Assembly (NCBI RefSeq): GCF_009834535.1
Contig: NC_045698.1
Span: 10,480,001 to 10,544,000 of the forward strand
DNA: 64,000 bases
Source: Camelus ferus
Lineage: Eukaryota
Direction of reading: 5' to 3'
This document shows positions 27,101-37,063 of the stretch, one piece after another. Below the pieces are notes generated by a model. It was given only the letters and a program-made list of their open reading frames with translations, searched no databases and was not told the origin of the DNA. A program made the translations under genes and the position numbers. Position 1 is the stretch's first letter. Every line of letters starts with the position of its first letter.

Positions 27101-30100
27101 AGTACACACGCAAGGGCGGACGTCCCTCACACCACAACAGCGTTTGCAGGACCCCAGCAGACAATTCCCATAAAACACTTAGCACAGGGTCTGGCACAGA
27201 GCAAAAGCTCAAATCGTAGCTCCTTTAATGATCAGTGAGGTCATGCTTTTTCCTACTGAAACATTCTGCTTCCTCTCCTTTGACTTAGAAGCCCCACTCC
27301 TGGCCATGTGTTCATGCTAGATTACACGAGCACCACGGGCTTGTCTGTGAGCCCGCTCTCGTGTGGCTTCCTGAGTCCTGCCTCCAGGAGGCTCCCCGAT
27401 ACCCACCCCTGCCCCCGCCACATGCTCCCTGGCTCGTCTCGGCTTGAGATACTTGACCGATACCTGTGGGAGTGTTGAGTGGAGGGAGTTAGTCTAGGTC
27501 TGCGTGGGGAGGGGGTGGTGAGCCCTCACATGTCATTTTCTGATAAGTGATTCTATCTCCCTTCCTTGGGTTGGAGGCGGGGTTTAATTTCAAGGGCTAT
27601 AGGCTAGGGAAGTGTGTGCGTGTGTGTGTGTGTGCATGTGTAGGAGTTAGGAGACCAAAATCTGCAGTGGGTCCCCGTGGAAGCCCCAGGCAGCTGCCAA
27701 GAGGCCTCATGCTCAGAAGAAGGCCCCATTTCAGGGATCTCAAATCAAATGCCCCAAGGGGCTGGGCAGTATCTTTTAAGAATGCAGCATGTTGGCTGGA
27801 GTCTGTGACAAGTTAGAGCAGGGCCCCCCAGAAGGGCAGCCGCCTGTCCCTGTCACGGCAAGCCCTCCAAATCTGCACAAAAATGAGGGCAGCGCAGCGG
27901 GAAGCAGGCAGATGCTCTGAAAGGCTCTTCACAGAAGAAGAGATGTGGACATGTTACCACAGTGAGAAGCCACGACCTGGACTGGGGTTTCGGAAAACAG
28001 AGGCTCCAGTGCATGTGGCAGGAATGTTGACTGACAGTTTGCTTTGGAAGGCACTTTGGCAATATCTGTCACAACTGGAAATGTGCACATGCTTTGACCC
28101 AGAGTTTCCTCTTCTAGAAATCATGCTAAGTGTGAAAGCTACCGTGAGTCCACAAGGACTGTTGGAGGAGAATGTTGGTCTCAGCAATGTTTGTAAGAGT
28201 GAAAAACGGGAAACGACCCAAATGCTTTATGTCCTATGTGATGATCTATTTTTATACTGAAATATTACACATTTGTTAAAAAGAATAATGTAGATCTAAT
28301 GTAATGACATGGAAAGGTGTCCAATTTGTGTGAAGAGAAAACACAAACTGTAAAATGTTGTGTAATATAGTCCACTTCCTAGCTTTGAAAATTCAGGGTT
28401 TTCAAAGTTAGGAAATCAGTCTGAATTAATAAAAGTCTAAATTAGAAGTGTAAAGGCATGATAGCTTACATTTTTCAACAGTTCACTTAAAAATGTCTCC
28501 TAAATACCTAGGTAGGAGTAAATGTATAATTGCTAATCATTTGTCCTAAACAGGTAAGCGCCTGCTTTTGAAAATGTCCTTTTAAGTAACTGTAAATATG
28601 TATATTTTTATTTGCTGGTAAGTTCTTTCTCAATGGAGAGTATATCTGTTTCTTTCTTGAGAATGTATATCAACTTTATTGAGATATGCATATCAAATAT
28701 CCATCCAATCAAAAATGCTCAAATGGTAGCGTCCGAATCCGTGAGGCTTTCACTGCAGTTAATTACTGGAAGTTTACTAAACCGTGGGCCGCGGAGGGGA
28801 GGGAACTGTTTCGCAATGAACCCTAGGAGGTTTGGCCACTGTTCAGAAGTTCTCCTCCTCATTTGTACATCAGCGCTTTTACATGCTAAACGTAGTATCA
28901 TTCGGACCCTTCCGCACATAGTAAAATATTGCAAGTGTGCAGTTTGCCCTGTCCCTCCTGAACTTTCTCTGTTGTCACATCGGGAGTCACAGTGTGCCTG
29001 TAAGGAGCACACCTAGCTCTGCCCATGACTCTGCTACATGGCCCACTTTTTGGGATTGCTGCCCCTGTGCCTGCCGTCTGAGTCTCGTCGTCTGTGTTAA
29101 GGTGACACCACATGTCATGGCCCATAATGACAGAAGGATAGCAATGTGGGAAGAAGTGGGTGGCGGCGGGGTGGAGGCCCCCTGGTGTGGTGGACTCCTG
29201 CAGGCTGGGTGCCAGGCAGAATCCTTGATCATGCTTGGATTTAACAGATTTTCTACACAATGCAAGGTGTATGGGGCTGGTTCTTAAATAATTTCATTCT
29301 GTCTTCCCCTAATGAGATCAGTATTTTTACTCTCATATTAATCAAGACAGTTCAGGGTAAAAGAAGTTAGGTGTCCCACAGTCACTTCTGCATAAGGAAA
29401 AACGGGTTTTAAATTTGGGTCTGAGGGATGCTGAAACCCATGCTCTTTATGTCCCCTATTCCTCTTGAGTTTTGAGGAACAAAGATATTCTTATATATGA
29501 CACTGATTATAAGACAAGTAGGCATTTCCTTAATTTTTAGACTGAATTTTTGAATGCTTTAAAACACTATTGATACTATATATTAATATTATGATAATAT
29601 AATGATTATATAAGTCAATGATAGATATTTTGCAGGTAAAAACTATCCAATGTGTCTTGTTTTTCCCTATAAACAAAGCAGACTTGTGTAATTGTTATGT
29701 GTTTTTCATTATTATTATTATTATTAAATTTTTGTAGGAAATGACCAAGTTCACTCCTGGACACTAGTCACCAGCCAAGCCTTAGATGCCGCGTGGAGGG
29801 TAGCAAAGGGCTCCGTGACACTGGCCGTCTCCCTGCTGGCGGCTGCCCTCTGCTACTTCAGAAGGCTGCATTTATATTTAGGGCGCCGGCTGAAATGGTA
29901 CGTGGTCATATCCTCTTTAAATTTCACAAATACCCTTGCTATCAAAACAGAATTTTGACATTATCGTTCCCTTTATCTTTCAGGTGGATTGGATATCTGC
30001 AGAGAAAATTCAAAAGTAAATATTCTCTTGCCTACGTTTCCTTATTTTTAAGGTGCAGAGAGGGTTTGGGAAGGGAGAGGAAAGGGAAAGTTCACCACCC

Positions 30101-33100
30101 TGTATTTTTGATTTGGTTCAGGGAACCTCAGCGTGGAGGCGGAAGTTGATTTACTCAGTTATTGTGCAAGAGAATGGAAAGGAGAGACGCCCCGTGCCAG
30201 GCTGATGAGGAAGGTGTGTCTGTTTACACAGCTCGCGGAGGATGGAGAGTTTTGTGTGTAAAACCCAGGAAACACGCGTTCCACTCCGTTTTACCCAAGA
30301 TCAGCTAGTACCACGTGTGGCGCCAGGAACAACAGTGGCTTCTAATCAAAACTAAACAGCTGCTAGACGTGGCCTTCGGGCCTCTCCCCTGAGCCAGTGC
30401 CTTCGAGGACTTGGGTAGATTAGGTCTGTGATTTCAGGACACTTGAGCGTTGTACTCTATTCAGCCCTCCCCCGGCCAGGCCTTTTAAACATCTGCACGT
30501 GCAGTGGAGACTTCGGCCCTGGAAGGGCTCAGGCACTTTGACATGAGATGTTTTGAGGAATTTAGAACTTCCCATTGGACCAGTCTTGGTAAATACTCCC
30601 AGCAGTGCTGTCCAACCTTGTCACTAGCAAAAGCCAAAACAAAACAAAACATTATTTAAATGATTCTTTAGCATGGTCTTAAAAGTATATACTAGTATTC
30701 TTCACTGCCATCATCTCCCCAAAATGACATTCCCTAACTCTGCGCTTCCAGGGATTTATTAACTGAAACAGCATGGCACGGACTCTATTTGCACAAAAGT
30801 CACTTTAAAGTTGCACGCGGTCACGTTCATAATTTATACTTGTTTTGTTTCTGCTGTCCACTTTGCTTGGCAGAAAGACCTTGCTGAAGTTGCAGTGAAT
30901 TCACTTTCTCTAGTCTCTTATCCAGTGGTATGAAAAACAACTTTTTCTTTTTTGTGCCGATAGGCGTATGAGGAGCTGTTCTGGCGGCGGCGGATTAAAT
31001 GTGTTCGCCAAGTCAGAAGAGACAACTACGATGCGCTAAGGTCGGTGTTATTTCAGATCTTCAGCCAGGGCCTCTCTTTTCCATCCTGGATGAAAGAAAA
31101 GGACATTGTGAAGGTACGTCCTCACACAGAAACTTGGGGAAAGTCCCACTGATGGGCACCGCAGCCCAGATGCTCCGGGTCTTCTGTGGGTGGCTCGGTG
31201 CACAGGGCGCCATGAGACTGAAGGTGCTTTAGCCCAGTCCTCTGTCTCACGTGTCAGTTTGCAAATAAGTCATCTCAGAAAGATAGCTGCACTCAGTTTT
31301 GTTTGTTGTTAATGCTGGCATTTTTTTCTTGAGAAGGGCATCTGTCCTTTGTAAGTAAGGTGGTCTACTGAAATTACCTTTCTACCATGTGGTTACCTGA
31401 GTGTTGACAAATGCACACAGTGTAACCCCCACCCCAGAGATGCCCTTGTACCCCTTGACTGTCAGTGCTCCTCTCACCCCCAGCCCCGGGCAGCCACTGA
31501 CATGTCTTCTGTCCCCCTAGTTTTGCCTTTTCCAGCCTGTCGTCTAAATGCAATTATCCAGTGTGTGGCCTTTGGAATCTGCCTTTCAGTTAGCAAAATG
31601 CATTTATAGCTCATCCGTGTTGTTCCGTGAATTTGTACTTCAGTCTTTATGTTGTTGAGTGGTGTTCCTTAGTATGAATGTAGCACATTTTGTTTACCCA
31701 TTTGAAAGGTGTCTGGATTGCTTCCAGTTTTTGATAGTTATGGATGAGGCTGTTATAAATATTCCCATTCAGGACTTGTATGAACATAAGTTTTCATTCC
31801 TTTTGGGTAAATACCTGCTAGATTATATGATAGGTTTATGTTTAACTTTTAAGAACCTGCCAAACGGTTTTCCAGAGTGGCTCTGGCATTTTGCATTCCC
31901 ACCAATAATGTCTGCTTTCCAGTTGCTCCGCATCCTAGGGTTTTTGTTTGTTTTTTTAGCCATTCTAATAGGGGTGCATTTGTCTCACTGTGCTTTTAGT
32001 TTATGTTTCCCTAATGGGTAACAATGCTGAGCATCTTTCCATGTGCTTATTTGCCATCCATGTTATCTTCCTGGAGAAGTCTCTGTTCAGATCTTTTTAC
32101 CATTTTTATTGGGTTCTTTTTTCTTTTTTTATTGATTGTTTTGAGAGAGTTATTCTGAATACAAATGCTTTATCAGATAAGTCATTTGCAAACATTTTCT
32201 CCCAGTCTGTGCCTTGTTTTTTCATTTTCTTAATAAGGCAGCACATTAAAAAAATTTCTTTTTATTGAACTCTATAGTTGGTTTACAATGTTGTAGTAAT
32301 TTCTGGTGTACAGCTAGGCAGTATATTTTTGATTTGTGACCTTAATTTTTATTTGAATGTAGTATGCCTAACCACAGATGCACACTTAAGGATGGAGGAG
32401 CAAAGAAATATCAAGTATATGCATACATATGTATGTATATATATAACTACACACGTTCTAATTCCTTGGCATCTTTTACTTAGAATTGTTTCTATTGGCA
32501 GTTTAGTTTCATCTAGCAATTGTCAAGTGTATGCTGTGTGCCAGCCCTGCTGCTGGTTGCTGAGGACAGACAGTGCTACAGAGGCCCTGGGCTCCACAGG
32601 CTTGGCCAGGTGGGGAAATGCATCAGATGCCCATGGCGGATCAGATTCTCATGTATTCCATGATTGTATTTAATCCCAGCAAGAGTCCTGCACAGTGGAT
32701 AGCACTGTCCTTGATTTACAGTGGAGGATGAGGCTGAGGGGTTGAGTAACCTCTCAGCAGGGGAGTGACAGAGCTAGGTTTGAACCCCAAAGTGTACCCT
32801 TCTAAAACCCACGTGCTCCCCGATGTACTATGTTACTGTAACACACTGTACTGTATGTACTGTATGTTACTGTAACGCTGTCGGGTTAAAAACAATTTCT
32901 AAAGAGATATATCTAGGAAGTCTGGGAAGTGTTTTATTCAAAAAGATAAATTGTTTTTGTAGACATAATTTTTATTTAGGTTTTCCTCCGTTGTGAAATT
33001 GTGAATTAAGAGGATGATCCAAATCACTTAATCCAGAAATCTAAAAAAAGACTACATGTTGTTACTTAACTGCTGTTATAGTCTTTTAAAGTGAAGAGTG

Positions 33101-35474
33101 CCGAATGAGATAAGATTATCTGCTGTGACATATTCCAGACTGTGTGTAAGACATGTTGAGACACTGATCACTGTTGGCATCTACTTCCTTTTCAAGCTTC
33201 CTGAAAAACTGCTCTTTTCACAAGGTTGTAATTGGATCCAGCAATACAGTTTTGGTCCTGAGAAGTATACAGGTTCAAATGTGTTTGGAAAATTACGCAA
33301 ATGTGTGGAATTACTGAAAACACAGGTGAGTGTCTGAGGGGAAAGACTAGGCATGAAATCACGCATCCAACGCGTAACCGCTGCCTCTCCTGTCAGGCCT
33401 GTCACTTCCTGTCCTGTAAGGAGGAAGTGTGGGCAGAAAAACTCTTCCAGGAACCAACCGTCTCCTTTCCTATCCCTTCTCCTTCCAAGTCATGAACAAG
33501 AGCCACGTTCTAGGTGATTGTTAGGCCTGTTAATGGGTTAAGGGGGCTTTTGTGGGCTGGCCAGGAAACCTTGACAATCATGTACCTGTGTTTCCCCGGA
33601 AAAATATAGTGCGGGATCCAGACAGGTCACTCAGAAATGCTTTTCTGGGCTATTAGTAACTCGGGGACAGCTCACATGTTATGATTTGACTAAGAGTTTT
33701 TCCTGCCTTTTAATAAAGACATAGGTTTTAGATTGTTGAAATGAACCTTCCCTGGGAAAGAGTACAACATTTTTCTGCCACGTCTTTCTGATCTGTAACA
33801 CTGGAATTCAAATAGTATTTGGCCGGTACGGCTATTGTGAGGACTCAGTGAGTGAACACAGGTGGAGTGCTTTAAACTGTGCCCTGGCACAGTGGCTGGT
33901 GAAGAACACCAGTCAGCACTGTTTGTCTCTGGAGCATCCCTTGTGTAACCCAGCCACCCGAGAGGTAGTTTTAGGAAACTGACTTGTTTAGTATTTTACC
34001 TTTATACGTGGTGGTTTTTTGAAAAAAAAAAAAAAATCATTGAAACTAGTTTGTTACTGTAAAAGTAATACTTCGGGTTAAAAAAATCAATGTCTAAAGA
34101 TATAAAATGAAAAGTTAAAGTTCCACTCCCCTCTGTTAATCTCTGGTTTGTTTTATAAGTGGTTTAAAAATTACGCAGTGGTGTACGTATTCCCCTGACC
34201 CTTCTGAGTGTCACTTCTACATCTGTGTTTTTAGTGGACTGAATTCAGTGGGATTAAGGATTATCACAAGAGAGGGAGTATGTGCAACAGCCTTTTCTCT
34301 GATGCTCTTCTGGAATATAAACTGTACGAAGCTCTGAAGTTCATCATGCTCTACCAAGTCACTGAGGTCTATGAACAAATGAAGACTAAGAAGGCCATTC
34401 CCAGTCCTTTCCGGCTCCTGTTCACCAGGGAGACCTCCTCCGATCCTTTGAGCTTCATGATGAATCACCTGAATTCTGTAGGCGACACGTGTGGACTTGA
34501 GCAGGTACACGGGGCAGAAGATTCGTGTGTGTTTAGTGAAGGACGATGGTGGTAACGCTTGAGCACAGAGGGGTGTGGGGCTAACGTCCAGCAGTGATAA
34601 ACCCAGCTGCAGAGAGGTGGGGGCTGGGGATCGCTGGCCCTCCAGTGAGGAAGGGAAGCGTGCTAAGCCTTCGGGCCGTGCCGGTCGCTGCGTCATCGCA
34701 GCCCTGTGGCCGGTGAGCAGCAGTGCCCGAGCCTTTCTGACCTTCATGCTGCCTCTCAGGTGGGAACGGCTCCTCCCACAACAGGGGTTGCCCAGGAGAA
34801 TAAGGACCCACTCAGGTCACCCAGTTGGGAAATGAGATAACATTTGGGAAAGCATGTGGTTACTTACTGCAGATAAATAGAAATCATTGAAAAATTTAAA
34901 ATCCACACAATGCTTTTGTATCCCCACAGGAAAGGAGTTTTGTTTTGCTTTGCTTTCCTAAGAGGTGCTCAGACTTATCTGACATTTCAATAAACATTGA
35001 TTTAAAACAAATAACTAGTTGGAAAAGAGTAATTTTTATTGTGAGCATTTATTTTTTATTAGTTTCTTTTTCAAATAGCTCTCCCTGTACTTGCTTCACA
35101 CTCGCGTCCAGAGGTGCCCCCCGCTCGTGCCCGCCTTCCCTGGGGTGGACGCTGGCTCCCAGCTCTGTGCCCGCCCCGTGGTTCACGTGTGGGTCTGTCA
35201 GCAAGTCTGTGACCCAGCTGCAGAGGAACACTCTCTGTCTGCTGGTGGGAGGCAGCAATTTGGAAATGTGTATTTGTGACCTCTTTCATCTCTTCCCCAG
35301 ATTGATATGTTTATACTTGGATACTCCCTTGAAGTGAAGATAAAAGTGTTCAGACTGTTCAAGTTTAACTCCCGAGACTTTGAAGTCTGCTACCCAGAGG
35401 AGTCGCTCAGGGAGTGGCCGGAGATCTCCCTGCTGACCGAGAATGACCGCCACTACCACATTCCTGTCTTTTAA
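12122..35474 (+). CDS. OTULINL: OTULINL/FAM105A, inactive OTU-domain (OTULIN-like) pseudo-deubiquitinase; 8 coding exons, 356 aa
   Basis: Manual splicing gives 64+160+32+92+150+129+270+174=1071 nt, an uninterrupted frame and all GT-AG introns. Protein MAARRSPQQEQERERSRVPAAGNDQVHSW...VRQVRRDNYDALRSVLFQ...EWPEISLLTENDRHYHIPVF* matches remembered FAM105A sequence and length. Confidence 0.97.
18760..19222 (-). mobile_element. Old MaLR LTR (MLT1J-like)
   Basis: TGATCCAAGATGGCTGCTGAAC...TCACATGGCTGTGGCCAGCAAGTAGGGAGG...TCAGGATTCTGTTTCTGTGGAAGAAG. Confidence 0.55.
19255..19835 (-). mobile_element. L2 3' region, interrupted by a SINE
   Basis: ATTCATTTTATTTATTCAACAAATATTT...CTACTATGTGCC...GATAAGTGCTGTGAAGGAAAA...GGAAGTGACATTTGAGCTGAGA. 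Confidence 0.75.
19284..19405 (+). mobile_element. 5'-truncated Vic-1-like SINE
   Basis: CATGCTTAGCATGCAGGAGGTCCTGGGTTCGATCCCCAGTACCTCC matches the 3' half of the 2.5-kb SINE; A-rich tail follows. Confidence 0.8.
19838..19930. mobile_element. hAT-Blackjack MITE, MER94-like
   Basis: AGGGCGACCACCCATCCCGGTTTG...GGGACTTTCAGTGCTAAAACTGGGA. Confidence 0.6.
20230..20515. mobile_element. Two adjacent MER5A-like hAT MITEs
   Basis: CAGTGATTCTCAGC...CATCACCTGGGAGCTT...; second unit CAGCGCCTCTCAGACC...GGGGCCCAAGGATCTGTATCTCT...CCCAGGTG. Confidence 0.65.
21850..22175. mobile_element. hAT-Charlie MITE, MER58B-like
   Basis: TTTTACATTTTTTAATGGTTGGAAAAAAATC...GAAATTCAAATTTCAGTGTCCATAAAAATGTTTTCTTGGAACAC...GCTGACTCC. 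Confidence 0.75.
25195..25345 (-). mobile_element. LTR fragment, MER21-like
   Basis: TTACCAGTTTATTATAAAG...CAGGAATAGCCAGATGGAAGAGGTGCAC...GAGCTGCCATGCCCTCT. Confidence 0.55.
27930..28380 (+). mobile_element. Old L1ME-like 3' fragment
   Basis: CTTTGGAAGGCACTTTGGCAATATCT...TTTGACCCAGAGTTTCCTCTTCTAGAAATC...GACATGGAAAGGTGTCCA. Confidence 0.6.
29738..29897 (+). CDS. OTULINL: OTULINL coding exon 2 (includes hydrophobic segment SVTLAVSLLAAALCYF)
   Basis: TTTGTAG|GAAATGAC acceptor, AAATG|GTACGT donor; reads GNDQVHSWTLVTSQALDAAWRVAKGSVTLAVSLLAAALCYFRRLHLYLGRRLKW. Confidence 0.95.
29984..30015 (+). CDS. OTULINL: OTULINL coding exon 3 (32 nt)
   Basis: CTTTCAG|GTGGATT acceptor, CAAAA|GTAAAT donor; reads WIGYLQRKFK. 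Confidence 0.95.
30122..30213 (+). CDS. OTULINL: OTULINL coding exon 4
   Basis: TTCAG|GGAACC acceptor, AAG|GTGTGT donor; reads RNLSVEAEVDLLSYCAREWKGETPRARLMRK. Confidence 0.95.
30964..31113 (+). CDS. OTULINL: OTULINL coding exon 5 (degenerate OTU Cys box DNYD)
   Basis: ATAG|GCGTAT acceptor, AAG|GTACGT donor; reads AYEELFWRRRIKCVRQVRRDNYDALRSVLFQIFSQGLSFPSWMKEKDIVK. Confidence 0.96.
31390..32245 (-). mobile_element. Old L1M 3' region in intron 5
   Basis: CTGCCAAACGGTTTTCCAGAGTGGCT...TTTTGCATTCCCACC...GAGCATCTTTCCATGTGCTTATTTGCCATC. Confidence 0.85.
32248..32315 (-). mobile_element. Very short young L1 tail
   Basis: TTTTATTGAA...TTTACAATGTTG...TTTCTGGTGTACAGC as in the other young L1 tails; flanks AGGCAGCACATT (32236-32247) and AGGCAGTATATT (32316-32327). 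Confidence 0.65.
33197..33325 (+). CDS. OTULINL: OTULINL coding exon 6
   Basis: TTTTCAAG|CTTCCT acceptor, CAG|GTGAGT donor; reads LPEKLLFSQGCNWIQQYSFGPEKYTGSNVFGKLRKCVELLKTQ. Confidence 0.96.
34235..34504 (+). CDS. OTULINL: OTULINL coding exon 7
   Basis: TTTTTAG|TGGACT acceptor, CAG|GTACAC donor; reads WTEFSGIKDYHKRGSMCNSLFSDALLEYKLYEALKF...SDPLSFMMNHLNSVGDTCGLEQ. Confidence 0.96.
35301..35474 (+). CDS. OTULINL: OTULINL coding exon 8 (terminal; His box DRHYH, stop TAA 35472-35474)
   Basis: CTTCCCCAG|ATTGAT acceptor; reads IDMFILGYSLEVKIKVFRLFKFNSRDFEVCYPEESLREWPEISLLTENDRHYHIPVF*. Confidence 0.96.
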   Translation: MDMFILGYSLEVKIKVFRLFKFNSRDFEVCYPEESLREWPEISLLTENDRHYHIPVF

Positions 35475-36266
35475 GTCCGGCTGGACCAGGCACCAGCTCT
35501 CGCCAGTGACAGTGCTCACACGAGATGTTTCTCAAAGACCAGAGCTAGTGCTGCTGCCACTGAAGGAATGGGGAGCTTCCTCTCTGGGATTACAGGTACA
35601 CTGGATGCAAACTCAAGTGCCTTCCCTTTGTCTTCCGCGATTTCCTCTAGAGCAGCTGCACTAATGTATTTGTGGGTTGCTGGTTTGACCTTGTTCCTAA
35701 GGGCTCTGGTCATTTCACACGCAGCAGGCCTTTAAGAGCACAAGAATGTTTATTTTGAACAACAGGAAAAAAAGCGGGAAGAAAACAAGTAGGGGAAAAG
35801 GACTAAAGGGAAAGAAAGAATTTGTCTATAACCTTGCTGTTCTTAAGAATCTTGTCTTTGGCTGATTTTGGGATCTGCAAAAACATGCCCTTATTTTATA
35901 AAGCATTACCTTCCCAGGAGTCTCTATGGTATTTCGACTTTCCAGGATCGTTTGATTAACTTTAAAATTGTGTGTATGTGTATGTGTGTGTGGTGTTTAC
36001 ACTCACACACATACAGGTATAGTTTTAGATATACATATAAACACATACACACATAGCCACTACTTTGTGAGGTTGTACAGTTTGTTTTATATCTCTTTAT
36101 GTTTTTTGCTCTGGCCTGTTTAATATTGCTTCTGACCAGTTTAATAGGTTTTATATAAATTAAAAAGATACATTCTGTAGATTGAGTCAATTAAATGACA
36201 ATTACTGAACTGTCACAAAACTGTTAAACTGGTGTATTTAATGTGTATTTACATGTGTATTTAACG

Positions 36267-36826
36267 TGTGGTAAGTAGCCTCACACTCCCCACCCCACCC
36301 CCGCCAGGTGTCTGCATCCTAACCCCCAGACCTGTGAATACCGTTGGGTTCAACAGCAAAGGAGAGTAGGGTTGCAGGTGGAATTAAGGTACTAATCCAT
36401 TGACCTTGAACTAGGGAGAGTAGTCTGCGTGCTCCAGGTGGGCCCAATGTAATCACAGGGGTCCTTAAAGGTAGAGAGGCACTTGGGAGAGTGTCAGTCA
36501 GAGGGAAATGTGAGGTGGGGAAGAGCTGTCAGGCGCAGCAGCACTGGCTCTGTGACTGGCACCAGGCACAGGAAGGACGTTACTGCGGTTACAGGAAGCA
36601 GCCACGCGCCGGAGAGTGGGGGCGGCCCCCGGAAGCTGGAGAAGGCCGGGGAGTGGACCCTCCCCTAGAGCCTGCAGAAGGGAACGCGGCCTTGACAGCA
36701 CTTTGATCTCAGCCCTGTGGAACCCGTGTCGGACCTCTAACCTGCAGGACTGTAGGATCGCACACGTGTGGCGTTTAGGTCGCTAAGTCTGTGGTAATGT
36801 GTTCCAACAACAATAGACAACTAATG
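36267..36826 (+). mobile_element. MaLR solo LTR, MLT1D-like, about 0.8 kb downstream of the OTULINL stop
   Basis: TCCTAACCCCCAGACCTGTGAATA...CCAGGTGGGCCCAATGTAATCACAGGGGTCCTTAAA...CTCCCCTAGAGCCTGCAGAAGG...TGTGGTAATGTGTT...AATAGACAACTAAT. Confidence 0.85.
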
Positions 36827-36932
36827 TCCTCAGGCTGACTACCTTTTGGTCGTCTTTATTTTGGACATACTTCCCTAGTTTACTTTGGTAATCTTTATTT
36901 TGGAGGTACTTTGCTAGTTTGTTTCAAATTTC

Positions 36933-37063
36933 AATAAACACAAAATAACTTTAAAAATCTTGGCTAATGACATACTACTTCAAAGTTACAAGCCCCTTCT
37001 AAGGATGACAGCGTGTTTGATGCTAATGTTCTCTCACGTTTCTGTATTTTTACTATAAATAAA
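36933..37063 (+). terminator. Candidate OTULINL polyadenylation signals
   Basis: First AATAAA hexamers I found after the stop, at 36933-36938 and 37058-37063; the latter has upstream TGTA and a downstream GT-rich tract. Weaker ATTAAA at 36159 and 36190. The site actually used is unknown. Confidence 0.45.

Noticed and set aside
34217..34747. 176-aa minus-strand ORF
   Set aside because: Antisense shadow of OTULINL exon 7 plus GC-rich intron.
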